A stretch of DNA of 64,000 nt from an uncultured Gemmatimonadales bacterium (GTDB taxonomy: Bacteria > Gemmatimonadota > Gemmatimonadetes > Gemmatimonadales > GWC2-71-9), in assembly GCA_963739455.1 (NCBI GenBank), contig CAVUAK010000001.1, positions 1,312,001-1,376,000 on the forward strand, written 5' to 3'. The notes beneath the pieces were generated by a model that had not been told where the DNA came from, did no database searches, and saw only the letters and a list, made by a program, of their open reading frames with translations. The position numbers were made by a program, and so were the translations under genes. How positions within the stretch are numbered: position 1 is the first letter of the stretch; the number at the start of each line of letters is the position of its first letter. This document shows, piece by piece, positions 1-8,116 of this stretch.

Positions 1-4
1 TGGC

Positions 5-256
5 TTGGAGGTTGTGTCCACGGTTCCTGAGGCCTTCTCGCTTCACGATCCTGGCTCACCGTTCCTAATAGTCTTCGTTCCGGTTGAGGCCACGGGTGAG
101 CCGGCGTGCCGAGAACATGTGGCGATGAAGTGGGGGAGCTTGGAAGAATTGGCTGCCATGCCCCTCGCCCCGAGTGACGCCAGCTTTGTCGCCTTCCTAA
201 GCACGCATGACTCTTCAGGTGAGTCGGCGCGCCGAAGCAGTATTCGACCCAAATGA
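5..256 (+). CDS. NUDIX hydrolase (MutT-like), C-terminal part; 5' end outside window
   Basis: Translation GEPACREHVAMKWGSLEELAAMPLAPSD matches the C-terminal pattern of MutT-like pyrophosphohydrolases (EH..L.W....EL....LAP.D). Confidence 0.65.
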   Translation: MEVVSTVPEAFSLHDPGSPFLIVFVPVEATGEPACREHVAMKWGSLEELAAMPLAPSDASFVAFLSTHDSSGESARRSSIRPK

Positions 257-504
257 ATAGCGATCCCAGCGCCCCGTTGGTCGCATCCTTGCCGGCCGCC
301 CCAAGCGAACTGTCCTGAGCCCCCGCTTCGTGGACGGGCGTGTCGAGCTGGTTGAAGTCGATCTCGACGCTTGCCCGGTTCACCGGCCCGTCCCGCCGTG
401 CGCTCATACCGTCTGGCATGCCAGTCGTGAGCGCACAACCGACTACATCTGCCGGCCAGGCGGACAGAGCTCCACGACAAGGCGGATCGTCGCGTAGGCA
501 CCAA

Positions 505-526
505 CGTCACACCCTCATTGCATCCT
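505..526 (+). promoter_or_regulatory. Candidate WYL/PafBC-type promoter motif (copy 1)
   Basis: CGTCAC-ACCCTCATTG-CATCCT, 35 nt upstream of ATG 562; same spacing as the copies at 3019 and 5882. Confidence 0.5.
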
Positions 527-561
527 GGTGGGCAGCAGCTCTACCCCAACCAGGAGTTCCC

Positions 562-1623
562 ATGCGTCGCTTGCGGATTGTGACCGCCATCTTCGCGAGC
601 GCCTTGCTCGCCTCCTGCAGCGAGCCATCGGCTGCCCCCGAGGGGCCCGACGCTGTGGTTCCAGCTGACGGTGACTTCGAGACGGCCGAACTCCGGATGG
701 GTCAGGTCCGCACCCGCCCGGTCTGGGTACCGCGCGGCTACACGCTGGTAGACATGAACAACCGTGGCGACCTGCTGCTCGGTGCGGCCTGGCTGCCGAA
801 GGGCAGGGTGCGACCGCTCGCCATTCCGTTCGTGGGGCGGTCCATCAACAACCATCGACAGATCCTGGGTCCCGGGCGGAAAATCTTCAACAACGGCCGC
901 GTCAATGAGCTGCCGGATCCATGCATCCCCTTCACAGCGCTCCTTACCGAGGATGACGGTACAACCCGGCAGATTGCCTTCGACTGTTCGCAGGTCCTGG
1001 TGCACAGCGATGCCCTCGCTGAGAATGGTGACGCAATCATCTACTACTGGCATTTTGGCGTCGCCAGTGAGCTGTCACCCTATCAGTACTTCAAGGTCTG
1101 GCGCGCAGCCGAGCGCGAGTGGAAGACGATCCGCGAGTTTGAACTTGATGAGCACATTCTTATCCATCCGGTCATCAGTGACGCCGGCGTCCTCGCCCAC
1201 ACCATGAATAACAGTGGCATCTCTCAATCACTCGTGTCTGACAGCGTTTACCTGTCGGGCGCTGAGGCTTGCCCCGGGTTTCCTGGCGCGAATACACGCG
1301 TTCTGGCCGTCAATGACGCAGGAGAGAGCGTGGGCCTGGTGTACTGCCCGGATGCGGGGAACGCTGGGGTGGGCGTCAGGTGGTCGCGCGAGGGCATTCC
1401 GACTCGGCTGGGAGGCTCTCCTTCCGTGATCGACAACTACGGGAACGCCGCAGGCATTCGCGACAGCGACGGGCACACCGTGCTCTGGCTGATGGACGGA
1501 CTGGTAATCGATCTATCAGCTGCAGCCGGGGTTCAGCCGGCGAGCGTGCGGAAGTTTCTGAAGCGGGGGCAGATCTACGGGTTCGTCGGCACGGAGCCCG
1601 TAGTGTGGCGGTTCGGTTTCTAG
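562..1623 (+). CDS. Secreted lipoprotein with HAF-like extracellular repeats
   Basis: RBS CAGGAG then ATG 562; lipobox LLASC; repeated xNNxGxx/xNDxGxxVG motifs (DMNNRGDLL, SINNHRQILG, AVNDAGESVG, VIDNYGNAAG). Confidence 0.7.
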   Translation: MRRLRIVTAIFASALLASCSEPSAAPEGPDAVVPADGDFETAELRMGQVRTRPVWVPRGYTLVDMNNRGDLLLGAAWLPKGRVRPLAIPFVGRSINNHRQILGPGRKIFNNGRVNELPDPCIPFTALLTEDDGTTRQIAFDCSQVLVHSDALAENGDAIIYYWHFGVASELSPYQYFKVWRAAEREWKTIREFELDEHILIHPVISDAGVLAHTMNNSGISQSLVSDSVYLSGAEACPGFPGANTRVLAVNDAGESVGLVYCPDAGNAGVGVRWSREGIPTRLGGSPSVIDNYGNAAGIRDSDGHTVLWLMDGLVIDLSAAAGVQPASVRKFLKRGQIYGFVGTEPVVWRFGF

Positions 1624-1671
1624 TACGCCGGCTGGCGTCGGGGACGGCCTGGCTCAGTTCTCCTGCCTTTA

Positions 1672-2322
1672 TCACCAAGCCTTCGTAGCGGCCAGGACCC
1701 GGGCCTCGACCAGGGCGAGAACCTGCGCTTCCGACGTCCCTCCCTTGCCCTGCAGCGCCAGCAGGAACAACTGCGCCGCATAGCACCAGGTGAGCGTGAC
1801 CAGTGCGACGGCATCGAGCCAGTTGAGCAGGTCGGTCGCAACCTTCACTTGATGGTTTCGGAGCCGTGCAGCCTTCGTCGTGCGCGCGATGTCCGCCAGC
1901 GCTTCCAGTGCCTCGGCGGTGTCCTTTACATAGCGCAGCGGCGAGAACTTGACGCCAATCTTGACGCCCGTTGCCAGCAACTCCATGAGCAGGTGCTTCG
2001 CGGCCTCCGCATCCTTGCCTTGCGATATCAAGTCGGCGGACGCGAGGTGAGCCTTGAATGCCGACAGCGACTGAACCGCCGAGATCTGGACGATCCGGTT
2101 GCCGGTTGCACTCGACCGCTGCTTTCCCGTCGCCACTGCCTTCCTGTTGTAGGCCGCGACCGCCGTCTCCAGGTGCGCGAGGCTCGCACTCATTGCGCCG
2201 AACAGTGCGTGCACCTGCTGGACCCTTACCACCAGTGCCTGGTGCGTGTCCTTGGTGACAAGTGCTCGCACCGTCCTGCGGCGGCGGGAGAGGCGGGTAA
2301 GCACTGCTGCGACCTTGGCCAT
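1672..2322 (-). CDS. Hypothetical helical protein (216 aa)
   Basis: RBS CCAGGAG upstream of ATG, TACTAT -10-like box further upstream, fills the gap between genes; no recognisable motif. Confidence 0.6.
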   Translation of the reverse strand: MAKVAAVLTRLSRRRRTVRALVTKDTHQALVVRVQQVHALFGAMSASLAHLETAVAAYNRKAVATGKQRSSATGNRIVQISAVQSLSAFKAHLASADLISQGKDAEAAKHLLMELLATGVKIGVKFSPLRYVKDTAEALEALADIARTTKAARLRNHQVKVATDLLNWLDAVALVTLTWCYAAQLFLLALQGKGGTSEAQVLALVEARVLAATKAW

Positions 2323-2401
2323 GGAACTCTCCTGGAGCGGGGCACTGGGGGAGGATCACTCCAATAGTACCCCGTTCGAGAAATCGCGATCGAGCGCGCG
2401 G

Positions 2402-2899
2402 TCATGGCCTTCTGGTCAGGCCGGGCATGGCGAGGGCCGCGAGGAACCCCAGAAGCACCAACACCCCGACAGCGAGCGCGGGCAATAGCGGTCGAACACC
2501 TCCTGCGTTGACGATGGCCTCAGGGTCGGTGTGGTGTGCCTTCGTCTGGGCGAGTTTCCAGTTGGTGTGGCGATAGTAGAACCAGCTGCCGTACGCGCCG
2601 AAGAACACGGCAACCAGGAGGTTTCGTGGGATATCCAACCAGCGGGCCCCGGGCGGCACGCCCAGGAGCGCCTCAACGACGCCCCCGACAGCACCCAGCC
2701 CGATGAGCGCGACAAGGGAGATGAAGAAGTACTTGTACATCCGTCGATACAGCATCCACATGACATTGAAGAAGAAGGCTGGCCAGTTCCAGCGAAGCGC
2801 CTGCAATCCACCATTCGGGTCGGCCTCAGTCCAGGCCTGCAGGTAGTAGTCCGCGTTCGGCCCGACGAAGGCGCGAACGTCCGCTTCAGGATGCTGCAT
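2402..2899 (-). CDS. DUF2628-type membrane protein
   Basis: AFVGPNADYY...WNWPAFFFNVMWMLYRRMY pattern with hydrophobic helices; start set at MQHPEA. Confidence 0.75.
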   Translation of the reverse strand: MQHPEADVRAFVGPNADYYLQAWTEADPNGGLQALRWNWPAFFFNVMWMLYRRMYKYFFISLVALIGLGAVGGVVEALLGVPPGARWLDIPRNLLVAVFFGAYGSWFYYRHTNWKLAQTKAHHTDPEAIVNAGGVRPLLPALAVGVLVLLGFLAALAMPGLTRRP

Positions 2900-3018
2900 G
2901 AGACTCGCCTTTTGGGGATAGGAGAACGTACGCGGCGGTACCGCAGCGGAGAAGCATGGGACGAACGACCTATGGAGGAACGGCGCTCGGAGCCAGGTCA
3001 TCGCGCGCGGGCGGCTAC

Positions 3019-3040
3019 TGTCACACCATAGCCCCATCCT
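3019..3040 (+). promoter_or_regulatory. Candidate WYL/PafBC-type promoter motif (copy 2)
   Basis: TGTCAC-ACCATAGCCC-CATCCT upstream of small ORF 3077. Confidence 0.55.
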
Positions 3041-3076
3041 GGTTGCAAGAGTTCTACTCACCCAGGGGTTGCCCTC

Positions 3077-3229
3077 GTGATACTCATTCTGGTCTCGCTC
3101 TTTGTGGGCTACTTCGCGGGCTACCTGCGCGGCACCCACATCGCAGACGCCGAGTGCGCCGCGTGGCACGGCGCCTCGCCCGTAGACTGGCAGGACGGCG
3201 ACACCGTGCCCCACTGTCACAGGCGTTAG
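3077..3229 (+). CDS. Small single-TM protein (50 aa), below the ORF-track cutoff
   Basis: GTG 3077 to TAG 3229: VILILVSLFVGYFAGYLRGTHIADAECAAWHGASPVDWQDGDTVPHCHRR; AGGGG upstream; motif copy 2 upstream. Confidence 0.4.
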   Translation: MILILVSLFVGYFAGYLRGTHIADAECAAWHGASPVDWQDGDTVPHCHRR

Positions 3230-3237
3230 CATACTTT
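3215..3237 (+). promoter_or_regulatory. Candidate motif copy 3 / leaderless promoter of the pafB-like gene
   Basis: TGTCAC-N11-TACTTT followed 6 nt later by ATG 3244 (spacing differs by 1 nt from the other copies). Confidence 0.45.
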
Positions 3238-3243
3238 TCATGC

Positions 3244-4341
3244 ATGGCCAAACTTCAGCGCTGGGTGGACCTCCTCGCCGCACTCCTCCGGCGCCGCAAT
3301 GCCGCGAGCCTCGAGGAACTGAAGCCCGACGTCCCTGAGTACCTCAGCGCCACCAACCTCGCCGCGCTCCGTCGCATGTTCGAGCGGGACAAAGTGGAGC
3401 TCCGGGAGTTCGGCATTCCCATCGTCACCGTCTCCGACTCGGCGGGAGAAGTGGTGGGCTACCAGCTTCGCCGCGACGCCTTCTACCTCCCCTACCTGAC
3501 GCTCATGCAGGGCGCCGCCCGGAAGTCAGCGCCGCGGCGCGTCGATCGCTACGGCTATCGATCGCTTCCCGAGCTCGCCTTCGAGGCGGATGAACTCGAG
3601 GCGGTGGTCGAGGCGGCGCGCCGAGTGCAGCAACTGGGTGACCCCACGCTCACGACGCTGGCAAAGTCCGCCATGCGGAAGCTCGCGTTCGATATGCCGG
3701 TTGACCTGGGCGTGCGCGAGATGAAGGCCGTCTTCATGGGACCACTGGCAGATGCCGTTGCACCAGCAGCTCGAGCCCCCGCCGCCGACATCCTCCAGGT
3801 GCTCGACGAAGCCCTCCGGCTGCGGAAGCATGTCACCATCCACTACCACTCCATCGGCTCCGACACCCTGGGCTCGCGCGAGGTGTCTCCGTTCGGCCTC
3901 TTCTTCCTTGGCTCGCACTGGTACCTGGCGGCGCAGGAAGATCCCGCCGGTCCGGTGAAGAACTTCCGGGTAAGCCGGATCAGCGATGCCACGGTGAACC
4001 TGCGGCGGCCCGGAACACCGGACTTCGAGATTCCCGCCACGTTCGACCTCAAGACCCATGCGACTTCGCGCCACGCCTGGGAGCTCGGCGACGCAGGAAG
4101 CATCGAGGCGCTGGTGGATTTCCGCGGAGCGAGCGGCCCGACTGTCGCCGCACAGCGCCTGGGTGAGGCGGTTCCGGGTGCACCGACACAGCGGCGCTTC
4201 CGCGTGCGACGGGTCGAGCCATTCACCCGATGGCTGCTTTCATTTGCCGGCGAAGCGGTTCCGGTCTCGCCTGAGGAAGTGACCGCACCCTACCAGGAAC
4301 TGGCCCGGACCGCGCTCGCCGCCGCGAGGGAGTCCGCATGA
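3244..4341 (+). CDS. pafB: PafB-like HTH-WYL-WCX transcriptional regulator
   Basis: N-terminal KLQRWVDLLAALL...RRMFERDKVELREFGIPI (PafB-type HTH); WYL core SREVSPFGLFFLGSHWYLAA...KNFRVSRI. Confidence 0.85.
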   Translation: MAKLQRWVDLLAALLRRRNAASLEELKPDVPEYLSATNLAALRRMFERDKVELREFGIPIVTVSDSAGEVVGYQLRRDAFYLPYLTLMQGAARKSAPRRVDRYGYRSLPELAFEADELEAVVEAARRVQQLGDPTLTTLAKSAMRKLAFDMPVDLGVREMKAVFMGPLADAVAPAARAPAADILQVLDEALRLRKHVTIHYHSIGSDTLGSREVSPFGLFFLGSHWYLAAQEDPAGPVKNFRVSRISDATVNLRRPGTPDFEIPATFDLKTHATSRHAWELGDAGSIEALVDFRGASGPTVAAQRLGEAVPGAPTQRRFRVRRVEPFTRWLLSFAGEAVPVSPEEVTAPYQELARTALAAARESA

Positions 4342-5300
4342 CCGACACCGCTGCCGACCAGCTCCGTCGCGTGCTGCAGCTCATTCCGGAGCTGGCTGAC
4401 GACCAGAAGCACTCGCTCGACGGCATCGCCGATCGCCTGGGTGTTGACCGGAAGCAGTTGCTCAAGGACCTGCGGAGCCTGGCCAACCGGTTCGATGATC
4501 CCGGCGGGTTCGTGGAAGGAGTGCAGGTGTATGTCGGCAGCGACTCGGTGTCGATGCACGCCGATCACTTCCTTCGCCCCATGCGCCTCACAGTGCAGGA
4601 GCTTGGCGCGCTCGAGCTCGGCATGGCCCTGGTACGCGCCGAGCGGCCGCCAGAGGAGCGTGGAGTGGTGGATCGCGCGCGGGCGCGCCTTGCGAAGGTG
4701 CTTTCACAGACACCGGGTGACCCGCCGCCGCTCGATGTCCGCACCGCGTCCACCGGCTCCGACGCCGACAACGAGACCCTCGCTGCGGTGCGCCGAGCGA
4801 TGCGGCTCAAGCGCATGCTCAACATCAGCTATCGCAGCAGCAGCGCGAATGAGCCGAGGGAGCGCGCGGTCAGGCCGTACGCGTGTGTCTTCGCGTCGGG
4901 GGCGTGGTACCTGGTGGCCTACTGCGAACGAAGCGCGGGGCTCAGGGTGTTCCGGCTCGACCGGATCGAGGCGGTGTCGCAGGGAGAGACGCCCTACGAG
5001 ATGCCGGAAGGATTCTCACTGGATGATGTCGTGCGTGACGGTCGGGTATTCCTCGGTCAGCCCAATGAACAGGTTCGTATCTGGTATGGTCCAGCGGTGG
5101 CGCGATGGGTGGCGGAGCGGGAAGGGAAGTCGCTGGAGAAGGATGGCAGCGTGACAATCAGCTATCCGCTTGCTGACACGCAGTGGGTGGTGCGTCACGT
5201 GCTGCAGTACGGCGCGGAGGCGAGGGTGCTGGAGCCGGAGAGTGCGCGGGTGGCGGTGCGGGAGGCGCTTGAACGGATTACCTCGGCGCCCGCGGCCTAG
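4338..5300 (+). CDS. pafC: PafC-like HTH-WYL-WCX transcriptional regulator
   Basis: ATGA overlap with upstream gene; ADQLRRVLQLIP, DHFLRPMRLT, RAVRPY...GAWYLVAYC...RVFRLDRI, LQYGAEARVLEP. Confidence 0.85.
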   Translation: MTDTAADQLRRVLQLIPELADDQKHSLDGIADRLGVDRKQLLKDLRSLANRFDDPGGFVEGVQVYVGSDSVSMHADHFLRPMRLTVQELGALELGMALVRAERPPEERGVVDRARARLAKVLSQTPGDPPPLDVRTASTGSDADNETLAAVRRAMRLKRMLNISYRSSSANEPRERAVRPYACVFASGAWYLVAYCERSAGLRVFRLDRIEAVSQGETPYEMPEGFSLDDVVRDGRVFLGQPNEQVRIWYGPAVARWVAEREGKSLEKDGSVTISYPLADTQWVVRHVLQYGAEARVLEPESARVAVREALERITSAPAA

Positions 5301-5836
5301 GAGAGGCCCGCGAAAAGTGCCGCGACGTCGATAACGAGCGGCTCACCGACGCCTGGCGTCCACGGCAATTCGCGATCTAGAACCTCTGGCCGGTCGTCGC
5401 CCGGCGTCCAGCGCTCCACCACCCCGCCATCGATGTCCACGATCCAGTACTCAGGAACGCCCGCGCGCTGATAGAAGCGCCGCTTGAGGCCACGATCGTA
5501 GCGCGCGGTTGATGGGGACAGCGCCTCGACGACCAGGAGGGGCGGCGCATCCTCCCACCTCTCGAAGTTGATCGATGGCAGGACGAAGATATCGGGCTGG
5601 TTCACCTGGCCAGGTTCCAGCTCGAGGTCGGCCGGTGACCAGAGCGCCCGGCCCAGGCCGGCCGATCGAACGTATGGGCTGAGCACGTCGTAAAGCGCGC
5701 TGAGCACCACCTGGTGCCGAAAGGCGGGCGACGGGCTCACGATGAGCTCGCCGTCCACCAACTCGTATCGGTTGCCGTCGGCTGGGAGGTTGAGCACCTG
5801 TTCGCGGGTCCAGCGGATGGTGTCGGGCATGCCCAT
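5297..5836 (-). CDS. Uma2 family (PD-(D/E)XK) putative endonuclease
   Basis: RYELVDGELIVSPSP..RHQ, QPDIFV, LLVVEALSPSTARYDRGLKRRFYQRAGVPEYWIVD; start may be the second ATG (5830). Confidence 0.9.
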   Translation of the reverse strand: MGMPDTIRWTREQVLNLPADGNRYELVDGELIVSPSPAFRHQVVLSALYDVLSPYVRSAGLGRALWSPADLELEPGQVNQPDIFVLPSINFERWEDAPPLLVVEALSPSTARYDRGLKRRFYQRAGVPEYWIVDIDGGVVERWTPGDDRPEVLDRELPWTPGVGEPLVIDVAALFAGLS

Positions 5837-5881
5837 AGCGTACGCTCGGCTCGGCGGGATTGGCAAGGAATGCCGGTACAC

Positions 5882-5903
5882 TGTCACACCCCCCTTCCAG
5901 ATT
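5882..5903 (+). promoter_or_regulatory. Candidate WYL/PafBC-type promoter motif (copy 4)
   Basis: TGTCAC-ACCCCCCTTC-CAGATT, 50 nt upstream of the VWA gene ATG. Confidence 0.55.
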
Positions 5904-5953
5904 CCTCCCCGGATCAGCCGCCATTCCGCGGCGCCAATGCTCAGGGAGGCACG

Positions 5954-7210
5954 ATGCGCGCTCAAGTCCATCTGTCCACCAAGTTCCTGACCACCCAGAA
6001 CGCCCACCAGGTCGGCATCCTCACCACGCTTGCCGGTGACACGCCGCCAACCCGGGCACCGATCAACGTCATCCTGGTGCTCGACCGGTCGGGATCGATG
6101 TCGGGCCAGCCGCTCGCCGCGGCCCTCGAGGCGGCGCGCCGCTTCGCCGGCTTCCTGGGTACCAACGACCGCCTGGGCGTGGTGGCTTTCGATGACGAGG
6201 TGACGGTGGTGAGCGCCCCGGCTCCCGCGGGGAACCCCGCTGTGCTGGACGCGATCAGCCGGATCCAGGCCGGCGGCAGCACCAATCTCTCTGGCGGCTG
6301 GCTCAAGGCGTTCGAGCTGGCGCGGGAAGGCATGGTGGATGGCGTCAACCGGATCGTGCTCCTCACCGATGGCCAGGCGAACGTCGGCATCACCGACCTG
6401 CAGGCGCTCACCGCGATGACGCGTAGTGGCGCTGAGTCGCGTATCAGCACCACCTGCATCGGCTTCGGTTCCGGGTTCAATGAGGACCTGCTGCAGGCGC
6501 TCGGTCGCGAGGGCCGAGGCAACTACTGGTACGTTGAGCGCGACGACCAGATGGCGGGAGTGTTCGAGGGGGAGATCGAGGGACTGGTGGCACTCGCCGC
6601 GCAGAACGTGGTGGTCGAGGTGCGGCTGCTTCACCCGAAGGCTTCCGGAGTCACGTTCTTGCAGCAGTATCCGGTTACCCGCACTGCTGACGGCGGCTGG
6701 TCGGCGTCGCTGGGAGATCTCTACGCCACCTCACCGCTCGCGCTGGGGCTCATCATCCATGTTGACGAGCTCGAGTCACTGGGCGTCACTCCCGTGGCCG
6801 AGGTGAGGTGCATTGCCGATGTGGTGCTGGCGGACGGCATCGAGCATCGCACGATCATCCAGGAGGTGAAGGCCAACCTGGATGGTGCGGATCATCCCGA
6901 GCCGGTGGTGGAGAAGACGTTCCTGCGCTTCGCTGCGGCCACGAGCCGGGATGAGGCGATCAAGCTTGCCGATGCGGGAGACACCGATGGTGCGGCGAGC
7001 GTCTTGAACAACGTGGCGGCGCAGTTCTCGCCCTACCTGGACGATGCGGAGATGGTCCAGGAGCAGTCAGACCTTGCCTCGGAGGCGGCGCGGCTCAAGG
7101 CACAGGAGTACGCGCCTGAGGATCGGAAGTACATGCAGGCGTTCTCGATGAGCATTCGGGAGGGGAAGCGGGCGTACAAGGACAAGCTGCGGAGGCCGGG
7201 GAAGAAGTAA
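5954..7210 (+). CDS. VWA domain protein
   Basis: RBS GGGAGG; MIDAS VLDRSGSMSG, GGSTNLSGG, VLLTDGQAN. Confidence 0.9.
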   Translation: MRAQVHLSTKFLTTQNAHQVGILTTLAGDTPPTRAPINVILVLDRSGSMSGQPLAAALEAARRFAGFLGTNDRLGVVAFDDEVTVVSAPAPAGNPAVLDAISRIQAGGSTNLSGGWLKAFELAREGMVDGVNRIVLLTDGQANVGITDLQALTAMTRSGAESRISTTCIGFGSGFNEDLLQALGREGRGNYWYVERDDQMAGVFEGEIEGLVALAAQNVVVEVRLLHPKASGVTFLQQYPVTRTADGGWSASLGDLYATSPLALGLIIHVDELESLGVTPVAEVRCIADVVLADGIEHRTIIQEVKANLDGADHPEPVVEKTFLRFAAATSRDEAIKLADAGDTDGAASVLNNVAAQFSPYLDDAEMVQEQSDLASEAARLKAQEYAPEDRKYMQAFSMSIREGKRAYKDKLRRPGKK

Positions 7211-7222
7211 GCCTGAGATGAT

Positions 7223-8071
7223 CTACCTTGCGGCGGCCGCCCGAGCACTGAGCTCGGCGGCCGCTGTCTCGACCCTCCAGGTGCCATCCTTGTAGCCGAT
7301 GACACGGACGGTGCCGTCCATGTCGGTGCGGTAGATCGCTTTCGCGTAGTGACCGTAGTACTGAAGCACCCACTGATCGGGATGACCGTACGAGTTGTTT
7401 CGGCCTACCGAAACAACGACTATCTCGGGCTTCGTGGCCTCGGCCCAGCCTGGAATGATTCCGTTGCGGGCGCCATGATGCGCCGCCTTCATCAGTGTGA
7501 CCTGCGGCATGCCGAGCGAGAGGAAGTACTGCAGTTCCTCGTACTCAGAATCGCCGGTAAAGAGCGCCTTGAATTGTCCGAACTCCAGCAAGACTCCAAC
7601 CGACTCATTGTTTGTGCTCCCACCAAGCCCGGGTGGCGGCAGGATGCGCAGGCTAGTGCTTCCAAGCGCGAACGTATCAGGCGTCGCTGTAGTGCGAGGA
7701 ACGCCCATTCGTCCGAGAACCCACTCGACGAGGTTCCAGTCGCCCGACTTGTACCGTTGTCCATTGTCCATATAGGACGCGACCGCAAACATGCCGAGTA
7801 CGGTTGGCATGCCGCCGATGTGATCCTGATGCGGGTGTGAGGTGATAACCAGATCCAGGGAATCGACGTGCCATTCCCTGAGACGGTCGAGGATAGCTGC
7901 GTTGCGCCCGGCATCGATCAGCGCCGCCCGTCCCTCGAACGACCGCACCAGCACCGCGTCCCCCTGGCCCACGTCGAAGAAAATGACCTCGATCGAGTCC
8001 GCCTGCTGGGCACCGAGCGGGTGCCCGAGACCCAGGACGAGGGCAGTAAGAGCAACAAGTTTGCGGAGCAT
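7223..8071 (-). CDS. Secreted MBL-fold hydrolase (ComEC/Rec2 C-terminal-like)
   Basis: Signal peptide; FFDVGQGDA, SHPHQDHIGG, FTGD, HHGA, NSYGHP. Confidence 0.85.
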   Translation of the reverse strand: MLRKLVALTALVLGLGHPLGAQQADSIEVIFFDVGQGDAVLVRSFEGRAALIDAGRNAAILDRLREWHVDSLDLVITSHPHQDHIGGMPTVLGMFAVASYMDNGQRYKSGDWNLVEWVLGRMGVPRTTATPDTFALGSTSLRILPPPGLGGSTNNESVGVLLEFGQFKALFTGDSEYEELQYFLSLGMPQVTLMKAAHHGARNGIIPGWAEATKPEIVVVSVGRNNSYGHPDQWVLQYYGHYAKAIYRTDMDGTVRVIGYKDGTWRVETAAAELSARAAAAR

Positions 8072-8116
8072 GCCCGCGCAACCAGCAGGGAGCGTGCCCA
8101 AGCCCGCAGACGAGCG

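Noticed and set aside
340..561. N-terminal extensions given by the ORF track (340, 2956, 5714, 6634, 34636, 39483, 39678, 45856)
   Set aside because: They overlap other genes or promoters; RBS or -10 position and family N-termini support the later starts reported.
3244..5300. Pup-proteasome (pafA) locus or WYL-regulated CRISPR/CBASS defence island
   Set aside because: No pafA, pup, prcAB, cas or CD-NTase genes are adjacent.
5954..7210. Ro60/TROVE protein
   Set aside because: The VWA domain is N-terminal with no preceding TROVE helical domain; it is an ordinary VWA protein.
7223..8071. Full ComEC competence channel
   Set aside because: Only a signal peptide plus MBL domain; no multi-TM competence domain.
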